Shown: positions 11,453 to 25,500 of the stretch, one piece after another | Layout of the letters: each line of letters begins with the position of its first letter | Numbering within the stretch: the first letter of the stretch is position 1 | Assembly (NCBI RefSeq): GCF_035594765.1 | Contig: NC_085846.1 | Coordinates: 23,671,190-23,735,189, forward strand | Direction: 5' to 3' | Length of the DNA: 64,000 nt | Source: Anolis carolinensis | Taxonomy: Eukaryota | Translations under genes and position numbers: made by a program | The notes under the pieces: generated by a model | What the model saw: only the letters and a program-made list of their open reading frames with translations | Database searches by the model: none | What the model was told of the DNA's origin: nothing

Positions 11453-13449
11453 TGTAGTGAAGAAGGTTCCATTCAAGAAACTTTTGAATGTAAAAGAGTA
11501 AGAATTTATTTTGAAACGGTCTGCTTGAAAACATCTGAAACTTTTTTTAAAGCTTAGACATCCTAGCCTAGCCAATTTGAGAATTGTTGTTTGTTTACAA
11601 GTCGTTTCCAATTTACATCAACCCTAAGGTGAACCTCTAATGAATTTTCTCAGCAGAACTGTGCCTTCCACCGAGGCTGAGAGAGTGTGACTTGCCCAAG
11701 GTCACCAATATTAAGGTATATGGTTAAGTTCTTATCGGATCACTACTAGGTGTGTGTGTTAAGAGAAAAAGACTCACCCTGGTTAATTACAACCCACAGG
11801 CTAAATAATTGGAGTAATTAAGATCAACAAGTTTGGGCCACTCCCAAAGGGGTATAACTGGGGAATTTTTGTTGTATGTTTTTGGGCTTACTGAATGTTT
11901 GCTTCTGAGCTTATTCGGTGTAAGCTCCTGGCTTGCCGCCTATTTGACGCTGACAAGATTGTCTTCCATGCTCGTCTCCATGAACAAGATATGAAGATTG
12001 GGAGAAGACATATTTTCTGATGGAAAGCATTGCATGAATTAAATGCAAAGACCATATGTGAGTTTGATACTCCAGAGGAACTGTGATTGTAATATTACTA
12101 GAAACTTTGTGTTGAAGTTGCTGTTTTTTCCATGAACTTTGCTGCAAATGAGTAAACTTTGGTTTTGCATTTTTCTTCTACTTGTGTTACTCTTTTTTGA
12201 ACATACAAATGATTCTATAGTCAGTGTTGATCCAGCCATAATGCTCAAACCACTGAGGCCCCATTTACACTGATTTATAATCCAGTTTCACAATGTGGAT
12301 TAACTGCATTGAACTGGATTATAGGGCAGTGTAGACTGATATAATCTAGTTCAACGCAGATAATCGACATTCTGAAACTGGATTACAGGGCAGTGTAGAT
12401 CCAGACTGAAATCTGTTCTCACCTCCCTGTGTCTCAAGAGGCAAGAATCAAACCAACATGAGATTCAAAAGAGATGCTGAGGCTGTAGATGAAATAGTTC
12501 ACTCCAGGCAAGAAATAACTTTTGCAGGGCCACAATTTGGCCAATACTGTCATTTCAGTGCAGAACAACAAAACCCACACCTGAAAGTGACTTCTAGTTA
12601 CATAAATTGTCATGTTTTTGGTGCAGGTCACCAAGAATCGGGGAAGCTGAGAATAGCCATCTGACTCTCTGTCTGGTCCCACCACTGGTTTAATAGGATA
12701 ATTTTCACATTGCACAACCACAACATTTTGATACCTCTTTAATCACCATCCTACGGAATCCCGTAGTCAGTGATGCACTGGGACTCTCTGGAAGAGAATT
12801 CTGATCATTCAACAATAAATTATAGGTTTCCATAGGATGCAGCCAAGGCAGTGAAATGGGTTTGAAGAGCTATAACACTATGTGACAAAATTTGAAAACA
12901 TCCTCTGTTCCTGGTTTGAAAGTGAAAGTGGTACTTTCAAAGGTAGTTGTTATACTCCAGAATTTTGTTTTTGTGGCTACCACAAACTATGGTGAATTGG
13001 TTGAGACTTTATGAGATGTTCATTGAAAAACTGTAGCAAAATGTGCCATAGGATGTCCAGCAAAAACAAAGTTTGTGCAGCTTAATAAACTTTTTCCATG
13101 TTTTTATGATAGAATTGATTAAGAAATGACATTTATAACCCAGGAAGAAAAATCATGTTACATAGGGCTGGGCTTAGTTAGTTGCAGAAAATCCTGCTGA
13201 TCGAAAGGTCAGCAGTTCAAGCCAGGGTAGGAGTGAGCACCTGCCATTAGCCCCAGCTCCCTTCCTATGTGGCAGATCGAAAGCAGAAATGTGAGTAGAT
13301 AAATAGGTACCACTTTTTTAAAGTGGGGAGGTTATAAAAGGTGCCCATAAGGCAATTCGGTCCAAGCCCAGGTAGGGATGAGCATCCGCCATCAGCCTCA
13401 GCTTCCTGCTCACCTAGCAGATCAAAAGCAGAAGGGTGAGTAGGTGTCC

Positions 13450-14726
13450 TTCCTGATGACGTGGAGGGGATTCTTGGGTCTGTGAGGGTGACCACTTGCG
13501 CTCTGGATCCTTGTCCCTCTTGGCTGGTTAAACTGGCCAAGGATGGGTTGTTGGAGTGGTTTGTGGCTATAATAAATGCCTCCTTGGGTCAGGGGTAATT
13601 TCCATCTTGTTTTAAGCAAGCGATGGTAAAACCGCTACTAAAAAAGACCTCGTTAGACCCATCAGTTTGTAACAATTACAGACCAATCTCCAACCTCCCA
13701 TTTTTGGGCAAGGTTCTGGAGCGGGTGGTTGCCACGCAGCTCCAGGGGTTTCTCGATGACACCGATTTTCTGGACTGCTCGCAGTCTGGCTTCAGGCCTG
13801 GGCACAGTACTGAGACGGCTCTGGTCTCCTTGGTGGATGACCTCCGCAGGGAACTGGACAGGGGGAGTGTGACCCTGTCGGTTCTCCTGGATATCTCAGC
13901 GGCTTTCGATACCATCGACCATGGTATCCTTCTGGGACGACTCTCTGGGATGGGGCTGGGTGGCACGGTTCTGCAGTGGCTCCGGTCCTTCCTGGAGGGT
14001 CGCTCCCAGATGGTGAAGCTGGGGGACACCTGCTAGGACCCCTGGCCATTGACCTGTGTTTAAGGTCCCTTGTTTAAGGAGCTCCACTGGCTGCTGTTCA
14101 TCTTCCGGTCCCAATTCAAGGTGCAGACCATCATCTATAAAGCCCTAAATGGTTTGGGACCCACCTACCTCCGTGACCGTATCTCCCTCCATAAACCTGC
14201 CCGATCTTTACGATCATCCGGGGAGGCCCTTTTATCACCACTGTCTATATCCCAGGCCCGCCTTGTGAGTACAAGGGAGAGGGCCTTTTCTGCTGTGGCC
14301 CCCCGACTTTGGAACTCACTGCCTACTGAAATCAGGCAAGCTCCCACTTTGTTGGCTTTTAGGAAAGACCTGAAAACATGGCTCTTCCGCTGTGCTTTCG
14401 GTGAGTAACTTCTGTTATATATTTCTGTGTTACTCCCCCCCGAACATCTATCCTCTAAACTGCCCCACTCTCATATGTCCCTGTCCACATTAGAGTACCC
14501 CTCTGTCCCTCTCACTCCGGGTTTTATCTTTGTGTTCATGCGGCCTGCTCTTGTTTTACTGTTTCTTGATCTCTTGATGTGATGTCTATTATTATCTATT
14601 GTATTACTTTTAATTATGTTATGATATGCTGTTTTATATTTTATTATATTGTATTGCTTTGGGCATGGCCCCATGTTAGCCGCCCCGAGTCCCCGCTGGG
14701 GAGATGGTGGCGGGGTATAAATAAAG

Positions 14727-14783
<57 letters not shown>
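13450..14783 (+). mobile_element. L2 LINE, 5'-truncated and internally deleted, with (TTA)n tail
   Basis: RT motifs YRPISNLPFLGKVLE, QSGFRPGH, LLDISAAFDTIDH (13623-14036); C-terminal ELHWL...RAFSAVAPRLWNSLP (14070-14408); the YADD region is missing; 3'UTR also found at 36360-36703. Confidence 0.85.
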
Positions 14784-14784
<1 letters not shown>

Positions 14785-15219
14785 AATAGGTACAGCTTTT
14801 TTTAAAAAAAGTGGGAAGGTTATAAAAGGCACCCATAAGGCAATTCGATTCAGAGGATGTTTAAGGACAACAAAGCTCCTCAGTATGGAAGATGGAGCGA
14901 CAGCACTCCCCCCCCCCCCCCCCCCACCGGGCCGGAATTGACCACAGCCTCCAGATGCTAGAAATGGAAAAATGGAAAAGAAGGGGAAAGCCTTTACCTC
15001 TGTCTATGTATTGTCTGTCCTTGTTCACTTTATAATGGCATTGAATGTTTGCCATATATGTGTTCTGTAACCCGCCCTGAGTCCCCTTGGGGAGTTAGAA
15101 CGAAATATAAATAAAGTATATTACAGTAGAGTCTCACTTATCCAAGACTCGCTTATCCAACGTTCTGGATTATCCAATGCATTTTTGTAGTCAATGTCGG
15201 TGGATAAGTGAGACTCTAC

Positions 15220-15265
<46 letters not shown>

Positions 15266-15319
15266 TCCGTGTAATTGTATAGTGTGAAAGACACCTGACC
15301 ATCAGGAGTAAACAAAGTA

Positions 15320-15641
15320 CAGTAGAGTCTCACTTATCCAACATAAACGGGCCGGCAGAACGTTGGATAAGCGAATATGTTGGATAATAAGGAGAGATTA
15401 AGGAAAAGCCTATTAAACATCAAATTAGGTTATGATTTTACAAATTAAGTACCAAAACATCATGTTATACAACAAATTTGACAGAAAAAGTAGTTCAATA
15501 TACAGTAATGCTACATAGTAATTACTATATTTATGAATTTAGCACCAAAAATCATGATATAGTGAAAACATTGACTACAAAAATGCGTTGGATAATCCAG
15601 AATGTTGGATAAGCGAATGTTGGATAAGTGAGACTCTACTG
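15320..15641. mobile_element. Tc1/mariner-type non-autonomous DNA transposon
   Basis: TIRs flanked by TA. Confidence 0.8.
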
Positions 15642-15693
15642 TAGTACATAAGTGGCTACCCTTACTATTAGGCATAGTGAGGCAACTCCTCTG

Positions 15694-15913
15694 AGGTGCA
15701 TCTACGGTACATTATAGACTTAATGCACTTTCAAACCACTTTTTAACTGCCATGGCTCAATTCAATAGAATTATGGGAGTTGTAGTTTGGTGAAGCACTT
15801 TGCCAGGGAAGGTTAAAGACCTTGTAAAACTACAACTGCCACAATACCGTAACATTGAGCTGAGGCAGTTAAAGTGGTAGCAAACTGTTTTAATTCTCTA
15901 GTGTAGATGCACC
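15694..15913. mobile_element. Harbinger-like MITE family (gggtgcatctacac termini); many copies, e.g. about 7885-8085, 10687-10893, 16601-16805, 17041-17246, 60069-60251
   Basis: Recurring inverted termini and internal tttaactgccatggctcaa / ttgagccatggcagttaaa motifs. Confidence 0.6.
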
Positions 15914-16498
15914 CATAGAAGATTTGCCCAATATTTTGGAAAGGGACAACATGAATGAGAAATCAAGAATTTTGAAAGGTAGAAAGAAGAGAACAAACAA
16001 AAAAAAGGTGGGCAAACACCCATGTGAAAAGATATTCCAAAGAAAAAGAGAATAAAGGGGGAACTGGCTCTTTGGGTAAGCTAACAAGCCTCTGCCCTTC
16101 AGCTCTGGAGGGGAACAAGGACTGGCAGGAGTAGCTGCACTTGCTCCCTGGCTAAACAGAGAGTGCAGAGACAACAGGGACCCAAACGGTGGGGATGCTC
16201 AGCCTTATTATGCGTCCGTCTCAGGAATCATCGAATGACTAAATAAACGACGTTAGTAGGTCTTGGGGGGTGATTTATTGTGGCTGATTGAAGCTCATGC
16301 ACTTTGAAGAAACAGACCAGACAGCTGAGTTTCGGAGTTCTCGAGATGAGTTGTGATTCTGGACACTCCAGCATTTACATCTCGCCAATGGATTTATAAT
16401 CTTAGACTACATTCTTATTTGAAGAAGCATTCATCTGCATCATCGTTACCTTTTTTTAAAAAAGTTTACGTTGGATTGCCGCAAAAAAATTGACCACC

Positions 16499-16576
16499 AT
16501 GGAAGAACCGGTCCATGCTGGCAGCTTCAGAGCAGTTGCTCTCTTTTTCTTCCCCTTGAATTTGGTCTGTGGCTTG
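16499..16576 (+). CDS. PTH3R: PTH3R exon 1 (signal peptide)
   Basis: Kozak accaccATGG; [26 protein letters not shown]|gtaagt. Confidence 0.8.
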
Positions 16577-19500
16577 GTAAGTAGTTTTGTTTTCCAAGTG
16601 TGCGTTTACACTGTATAATGAATGCAGTTTGATGCACCCTAAACTCTCATGGCTCAATGGTAAGGAATCATACAAAAGTTGTAGCTTTGCAAAGCTTTTA
16701 GTGTCTCTGCCAAAAAGTGCTGCTCAAACTACAGTCCCAGGATTCCATAGCATTGAGCCATGGCAATTAAAGTAGTGTCGAACTGCATTCATTCTACAGT
16801 ATAGATCTGGCATGGGCAAACTTTGGCCCTCCAGGTGTTTTGGACTTCACCTCCCACAATTGTTTGCCCATCCCTGGTGTAGATACAGCATATAGTGCTG
16901 GGTGGGATGATGGGAGCTGTCTTCCAAAAACCTCTGGAGAGCACCAGATTGGGGAAAGCTGTCACACAGCAACATTGAGATACTTAATTGTGATGACTCA
17001 TCCATGAACTAACAAGCAAGGACTCCTGTTCTGTGGTTGTGGATGCATCTACACTGTATAAGTAATGCAGTTTGACTCCTCGTTCTCAGTTATGGTTCAA
17101 GGCTGTGGAAACCTGAGATTTGTAGTTTGGTGAGACACTAGTGCTCTTTGGCAGAGAAGGCTAAAGACTTTGCAGAACTAAACCCCACTGAGCCATAGCA
17201 GTTAAAGTGGCATCAAACTGCATTCATTATGCAGCACAGATACACCCAAATAGTGTCCATGCCGTATTCTTGGATGCAAGTCAGTATTTTGGTTGATAGC
17301 ATCAGCTCCCATCATCTCTTCCTACTTGCTTTTTGTCTGTCTCTGAACCTCAGAGCTGTGGCTTGTGAACTTTAGCACAACATTGTCAAAAGCCGAACGA
17401 GACAAGGGGCGGCTTGTTCTTCCCACTGTCTGTCAACAGGGTGACAGGTGTAACAAACTGGTGTAGGAATCCTAAAAAGCTGCACAAAAATGTTTCAGAG
17501 GTTGAAAGGGAATCATAGATCTCTTAGTTCCAAGGACATGGGCGTATATTTTCTTCCTAGGGCTTGGGAAGGTCGCTATTGGGGGATTGCCTTCACAGTT
17601 ATTGCTGATTTATTAGTTAAGCTCAGGGTGTATCTACACCAGGCATGGGCAAACTTCGACCCTTCAAGTGTTTTGGACTTCAACTCCCACAATTCCCGGT
17701 ATCAGGCCCTATCCTTTTCCTCCTCAGCCTCTTAAAAGTTGAAGTCCAAAACACCTGAAGGGTCGAAGTTTGCCCATGCCTGTTCTACACTATAGAATTG
17801 ATGCAGTAAGTTGTACACAACTTTAACTATTATGGCTCAATGTTATGAACTCCCTCCTATCCTTCCATAGGAAGGTTAAAACTTGGTTATGGGGCCAGGC
17901 TTTTGAATAATAATTGGCAGCGTTAATTATTATCATGTACGCTGAACTCAATCGACAGACCCAGTTTTTTTTTTAACTGAACACGCCTACCTGTATTTTA
18001 TAATGTGTTTTATGAATACTGATGTAAGTTAATAATTTTTAACTGATTTATATTGCACTGTATAATTTTTATATATGCGTTTTATTGTAAGCCGCCCTGA
18101 GTCCCCTGTTGGGTGAGAAGGGCGGGATATAAATATTGTAATAAATAAATAAATAATAAATTTTACAAAGTCTTTAGCCTTCTCTGCCAAAGAGTGCTAA
18201 ACTACAACTCCCAGGATTCTAAAGATTTAAGCCACGACAATTAAAAGGGTGTCAAGCAGCGTTCATTCTCCAGGGTAGATGCACTACTGATGCCACATAA
18301 TTTTATGTCTCCCCCCATCTTTCTCCCTTTTCTGTACCTCAAAAGTAAAAAAAAATACTCTTGTTTTTACCAGAAATCTTTATTGGTCATTTTGGAAATT
18401 AGAGAGAGCTAAAGGTTGTAATGGCGCTTCATGCAGTCATGCTGGCCACATGACCTTGGAGGTGTCTATAGACAATGCCGGCTCTTCGGCTTAGAAATGG
18501 AGATGAGCACCAACCCCCAGAGTCGGTTACGACTGGACTTAACATCAGGGGAAACCTTTACTCTCTGTATGAATGATCTGATTTCATACAGGTCCACACA
18601 ACACACAAACAACCCAAAGAGGAAGATGCGGATTAAATGATAACAGCTATTTTATGTCCCTTTTTCCATCACACTTGCGTAGTCTGCTGGCTGCGCAACA
18701 TGAATATTTCCCGTCAGTTCCCAGTTTCTTAAAAGGCCCTGCTGTTTTTAGTTTTAGGACATAGATTTGGAACAGTTCCAATCTGAAAAGTCTCGTTTCT
18801 AGTGGATGGTGCAGTTAAAATGAAATAACATTCTAATTCAAACCATTTTGCTGGGTTGTTCCTGATCATATCTTCTTTATAGCACCTGGGATTCCAGTCA
18901 GCCTCTGCCCTTTCTGCTGCCGCCTTTCCCAGATGGCTGCAACCGTGATGGAAACTTCATTATTGATAAGTCTTTATCAGGCTTCTGAAAAGGTCCTGTT
19001 CAGATGGGCAATTTAATTGCTTCAGGGAGCTGCTCCCATTGTCTCTCCCCTGCCTTTGTCTCACCCAGCTCCTCCATTTCCTGGCAATTTTGCACAGGAA
19101 ATGAGTGAGCCACTGGAAAATACAAAGATGTCTCATAACTCTTGGAGTGCATTTTTTAGTGGATCTGATGCCATCATGTTTACCTGGTCACTCCACTAAA
19201 GCAAGAATTTTTAACTTAGCAGGTCCATGATGGGCTTTGGGGAGGGTCCTGTGAACGGGAGGCAAAAATAATTTTTTCTCCCCTCCATGGCACTGAGCCA
19301 TGACAGTTAAAGTGTTGTCAAATAGCTTTAATTCTACAGTGATGGACCCTATCTTACACAATCTATTTGATAAATATTTAAAGAGATTAGGTGCTGTATA
19401 AAACCATACAAAGCCTGGACTGTGTTATCTGTTAACTCAATGGTTCTCAACCTGTGGGTCCCCAGATGTTTTGGCCTACAACTCCAGAAATTTCAGCCAG

Positions 19501-22500
19501 TTTACCAGCTGTTAGGATTTCTGGGAGTTGAAGACCAAAACATCTGGGGACCCACAGGTTGAGAACCACTGTAATTGCTTGTTTTCTAGCCTATTGGAAT
19601 GGTCATAGCGTAAAAGAATTTCTTATACTTTAATATACAAAATAAATTAAGAAAAGTTATAGGAACAGAAGAGTAATGCTAGCGTATCATGGCAAATGTA
19701 TATGGCATTCATAGGAAGTGTGGAAATAAATAATTACATGTCTGCCTATAGAGGCGATTTCGTTGTTTCATCTCATTTTTAGATGCCATATAATCAAATA
19801 GTAGCAACTGACTGGGAATGGAGGAGCCAAATTGAAGTTGGGGAGCAGATGGAGTGGGAAACTCACTTCTTTCTCCTCTTATCCTTTTCTCTGCCTGTCA
19901 GGTGGACACTGATGATGTTTTAACTAAAGAAGAACAGATTTATTTGCTGCATCAAGCAGAAGTAGAATGTCTCAAAGAGATATATGCCCAGAAGGAGATA
20001 ATCCAAGGTATTTGCTTTTTTGCATCACTAACTCTTGACAATGGCTCAGTTTAAACATGTGAAAATATTTTTTTCTGCCAGATATGAAAATCATATTGTT
20101 AATATTGGCGATCTCCCAAAAATGCATTTGTAAAGCACTGCCCTCTGCTGGAGAAACAGACCTATAATAATAGTCAGAAATAATATTGGGGTGTTGTGTG
20201 GTTTCCGGGCTGTATGACTGTGTTCTAGTAGCATTTTCTCCTGACATTTCACCTGGATTATGGCTGTCATCTTCAGAGGATCTAATAGTAATATAATATT
20301 GTTGTTATTGGTTCTGGTCAAGCTGTTGTTACTGTTCTTATTAAGCCAGACCTTTAGTTTAATATACAGTTATTCCAATAATACCAAGACTCAGTATTGG
20401 AACAAATAAAATATTATATTATACTACACAACCCAGCTTTGGTGGGTTTAGGAGACACAATATATAGTGGGCCTTTGGCATCTGCCGCAGTTTGGTTACA
20501 GGGTTCCCTGTAGATACCAAAGTACCATTATATACAATGATGTAGTAAAATGCTGTCCCTTATTTAATGGCTGAATCTATGGATACAGAATTTGTGGACG
20601 TGGAGAGCTGATTGTAAGCACTATCCCACTGCTTTAGAGAAAAGACACACATGTGCATCTTGTCTATATGTCTTCTAAAACGTTCTCTCCCAAATCCTAA
20701 TATACAAAGCATTGAAAGTGTTATTTCCTTCTTAGAAGGTCACTGTTTGCCTGAATGGGATGGAATTATTTGTTGGCCCCAGAGTCCCCCAAATGAAAAG
20801 GTGGCCGTCTCATGTCCAGACTACATCTATGACTTCACCCATAATGGTATGTATGTTTTCCTGGTTGCAGCAGAAAGCCTTTGGTTGGTTTGAGGCGGAG
20901 TTCTCAACTTTCCTAATGCCACGACCCCTTAATATGGTTCCTCATGTTGTGGTGACCCCCAACCATAAAATTATTTTTGTTGCTACTTCATAGCTGTAAT
21001 TTTGCTACTGTTATGGATCGTAATGTAAATATCTGATATGCAGGATGTATTTTCATTCAGTGGACCAAATTTGGCACAAATAACCGATACGCCTACATTT
21101 GAATACTGGTGGGGTTGGGGGGATTGATTTTTGTCATTTGGGAGTTGTAGTTGCTGGGATTTATAGCTCACCTACAATTAAAGAGCATTCTGAACTCCAC
21201 CAGTGATGGAATTGAACCAAACTTGGCACACAGAACTCCCATGACCAACAGGAAATACTGGAAAGGTTTAGTGGGCATTGACCTTGAGTTTTGGAGTTGT
21301 AGTTCACCTACATCCAAAGAGCACAGTGGACTTAAACAATGATGGACCTGGACCAAACTTGGCACGAATATTCAATATGACCAAATGTGAATACTGGTGG
21401 AGTTTGGGGGAAACAGACCTTGTCATTTGGGAGTTGTAGTTGCTGGGATTTATAGTTCGCCTACAATCAAAGATCCCCTTGAACCCCACTAATTATAGAA
21501 TTGGGCCAAACAGGCAGAGAGAGCTTCAGCCTTCTCTGCCAAAGGGGTTCCTAAGACCATCAGAAATATGTGTTTTCTAATGGTATTTGGCGACCCCTCT
21601 GACACCCGCTCACGACTCCCAGGATGAGAAATACTGGTTTAAGGCCAAACTAGACATTAGAGGTGGGAAAAGTTACTGTTTCAGACCCATTCTCCAATCC
21701 CCCAGCCAGCAAATACACAGTAGGTATTGAAAAGCAATTAATTCACTGATCACCGGTAAAATGATAGCATTGATTCACATTTCTACTTAAGAGCATAGAT
21801 CAACATCTTGTCCAGTGATAAGAGGGTGGAAACAGCTAGGTATTTAGCTCCCTTTTAAATCCAATCATTGAGAGAAAGGGGCCAAATGTACATGCTGGGA
21901 GTGTCTGATAAAAAATAGGGGCACTGCAAGGAAAGTACGCTCTCTTGTACCTGTCTGCTTGATGCACCAGGGTTCATAAAAATTATATTAAATTCCCAGA
22001 TTCCTTCAGCTAGCATGGCCAATGGGATTCTGAGAGATGTTGTCTAGAAAAAGTGACAAGTTCAAGTTCTTACACATTTATCAGCAAGTCTGAGAATAGA
22101 ATGTCTACAACCAATTTCATATCTTCCAACTATCCCGATCTGGCAGGGACAGTATTGATTCATCTTCCATCATCCCACTTTTTTTCAGCTGCTAGGGAAA
22201 TGTCAATTTCTATCTCATCCTTCTAATTTCCCCTTTTGTCTTTAGCTTACTTCAGTTGCTGCACACTGAGAGCAACCTGTAAAAGGATCTTGCATCCAAC
22301 TAACTCAATGGTAGGGAGCGGAGGGAGCAAAATCTTGTCCTCCCCAGTAGGCTTAGGCCAGTCGTTCCCAACCTTTGGTTTCCCGGGTGTTTTGGACTTC
22401 ATCTCCCAGAAATCCCAGCTAGTTTAGCAGCTGTTAGGAATTGTGGGAGCTGACATCAAAAACATCTGGAAGACCAAAGGTTGGGAACCACTGGCTTAGG

Positions 22501-25500
22501 CAAAGGCAAATTGCTGCAGCCTTTCCTAGCTTGTCTGCTTTTCCTCATTAATACCTCTTGCCATCATTACTATTTATTTATTTATTTATTTACAGTATTT
22601 ATATTCCGCCCTTCTCACCCCGAAGGGGACTCAGGGCGGATCACATTACACATATAAGGCAAACGTTTAATGCCTTAACATAGAACAAAGACAGAGAAAA
22701 CGCAGGCTCCGAGCTGGCCTCGAACTCATGACCTCTTGGTCAGAGTGATTTGTTACAGCTGGCTGCAGCTGGCTGCTCACCAACCTGCACCACAGCCTGG
22801 GCATTACTAGACTCTGCTGTTGCTTGGTCACACCCCAGTTTTCACCTGTGAAATGTTGGAGGTTATGCTATCTAAAGGACTGGTCAGGGCCATATAGGTG
22901 TGGGCAAGGATGGTGAAATGTGGCTACATGCAGCTCAATCGCTCACATATCTCCCCATATTTTTCTGGGCCAAATATTTAAAAGATATTAATGTTGATCC
23001 TTACTTGCATTATCCTCCTCATTTGTTTATGTTTTTCTTATTGAACTTGGTTGCTCATATATTTTAGGTCATGCCTACAGACACTGTGAAATCTACGGCA
23101 ACTGGCAATTGGTACCGGACACAAACAAGACATGGGCCAATTACACAGAATGTGCTACATTCTTCACCCCGGAACGGCGGAAGGAAGAAAAGGTGAAATG
23201 CCTTAACATAACTAAAGGGGAAATTGAAATGTGGGAGCAGAGAGGGGAATTACGGCACTCTTTCCTTGTGCTGCTGCGCTCAGTACTTCCTTCCAGGCCA
23301 TTCTTAAAGGTGATAAGAGTGGTGAAATTATGAAATTATGAAATTAAATTATGAAAGGGATAAGAGTGGTGCATTTGTTGCCAATTTTCAGAAACAAAGG
23401 AGGGATAGGCAGAATAATTAAGCCGTAAGAGATATTTTAACTTTCTAGAGCCTATACAAGAGCTGGGAAGCCCCCATACAGTTCTATCATAGGGAAGATG
23501 GTGATCATTGAAGGACCCTCAGAGCAGTGGTGTTACTAATTTGGTGCCACCACTATGAACCTCCCCCCATACCAAATCAGACCACAATATTATAGCTAAA
23601 ACACCTGAAAATCTGACAATATTGGCAACTCAAAAAAATGAGCAGTGAAAATAATATTTCGTGCAATATTGGTGCAAGAGCCCCTGGTGGCGCAGTGGGA
23701 TAAACCGCTGAGCTGCTGAATTTGCTGACCGAAAGGTTGGCGGTTTGAACCCGGAGAGCAGAGTGCGCTGTCAGCTCCACTTTCTGCCAACCTAGCAGTT
23801 CGAAAACATGTAAATGTGAGTAGATCAATAGGCACTGCTCCAGCAGGAAGGTAACAGCGCTCCATATAGTCATGCCAGCCACATGACCTTGGAGGCGTCT
23901 ACGGACAACGCCAGCTTAGAAATTGAGATGAGCACTGACCCACAGAGTCGGACACGACTAGACTTAACGTCAGGGGAAAACCTTCACCTTTACCTTATTG
24001 GTGCAAACGAGACCATGTGATTCAAAGCATCATTGGAACTGGATAAAAATAACAGATCTGAGCAGAGCACATGTGCATTAGAAGGTTCAAAAAGCAAATC
24101 AGTCTAGAGTTTTAGCCTTATGAGCACATGTGTGCTGGGCTTATGAAAGGAATACCTGTATAAAACATAATACATTTCTGCTGAAACATTGCACAAATGT
24201 TTTCATAGACAGCCTCTCTGGTGTCACCCCTCTGATGGTGCCACCCAATGCAGTTTGCACCCCCTGAGTAACTCCACTGCCTCAGAGCTTTAGATTAAGA
24301 TCATAGGGAGCAGATCTGAGCCTGGGCTTCCCACCCCTGAGTCAGGATTTATTAATTTATTTACAGTATTTATATCCTGCCCTTCTCACCCCAAAGGGGA
24401 CTCGGGGCGTATTACAATGTACACATACATGGCAAACATTCAATGCCATATGAACATAGAGACAGAGACAAAGACAGAGACATAGAGGCAATTTAACCTT
24501 CTCCAGCTTCCAGCTTCCTGAGGGTATGCTCGATTCCAGCCACAGGGGGAGCAACTGCTTCATCATCCACTGTGACACCGAGTCCTTGGATACTTCCTCA
24601 TTTCAAGCGCTGCTGGATGATTTGTATGGTGTCGTAAATTAGTTAAATTAGTCAAATTTTTTCTTCTCCCTCTGCAGAAAGTGTTTGACCGTCTGCGCAT
24701 CATCTATACCGTGGGTTACTCAATATCCCTTGTCTCTCTTGTGGTTGCCATGTGCATCCTCTGCTACTTCAAGTAAGGAATTTGTGTACTTCTTATAATC
24801 CGCTCTCTGCAGCTTTTGGTCATCAGTCTTGTATGGGTGATTGTAGGTCAGGTGTTTTCCTTTCGCCAGCCCTACCTCACAGGTTTGTTGAGGGGATAAA
24901 CTGGGAAGAGAACTATTTCCATTACACTGGAGAAATGGTGGGGTGAAAATGTAAATAACAAATACATCAACCCATGTTTGGGTAATGCATACATCTGTGT
25001 TCAAGGCGACTTCACTGCACTCGGAATTACATCCACCTCCACCTCTTTGCCTCTTTCGTCTGCCGAGCCATCAGTATCTTTGTGAAGGATATTGTGTTGT
25101 ACTCCACCTCACGACTGGAAGGGCTGCACATGACGCAATATGGTGACTGGGATGCTGAAGAGCTGAGTCTCACATTGGGATCCAGGACCCAGCTGGTAAG
25201 TTTCCAGGTTGGAGAATATGGTTGTCTTCCCAGTGTCAAATATTGTTGTGCCAGGTTTTTAAATGAGCCCAGTTCCAGGCATCTCACCTTAAACAGGAGG
25301 GTAAGAAAGATACTCAAAAGCAAAACTGGGAAAAGCTATTTCGTGGCCCTGCATCTCTCAACATCTTCTAGCCATGTTTTTGGCTGAGCACATCTGGGAG
25401 CTATAGTCCAAAAACATAACTTCTGCATGGCGTTTGATCAAGTGTATAAAAACTATATTCTCATCCCAAGATTTTTTGCTACCTGAAATGGAGGCAGTAG

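Noticed and set aside
11153-11557. Recurring peptide [12 protein letters not shown] in several ORFs
   Set aside because: Translation of Sauria SINE copies, not a gene family
13623-14408. Reverse transcriptase ORFs as a host gene
   Set aside because: Truncated L2 LINE with a stop and an internal deletion
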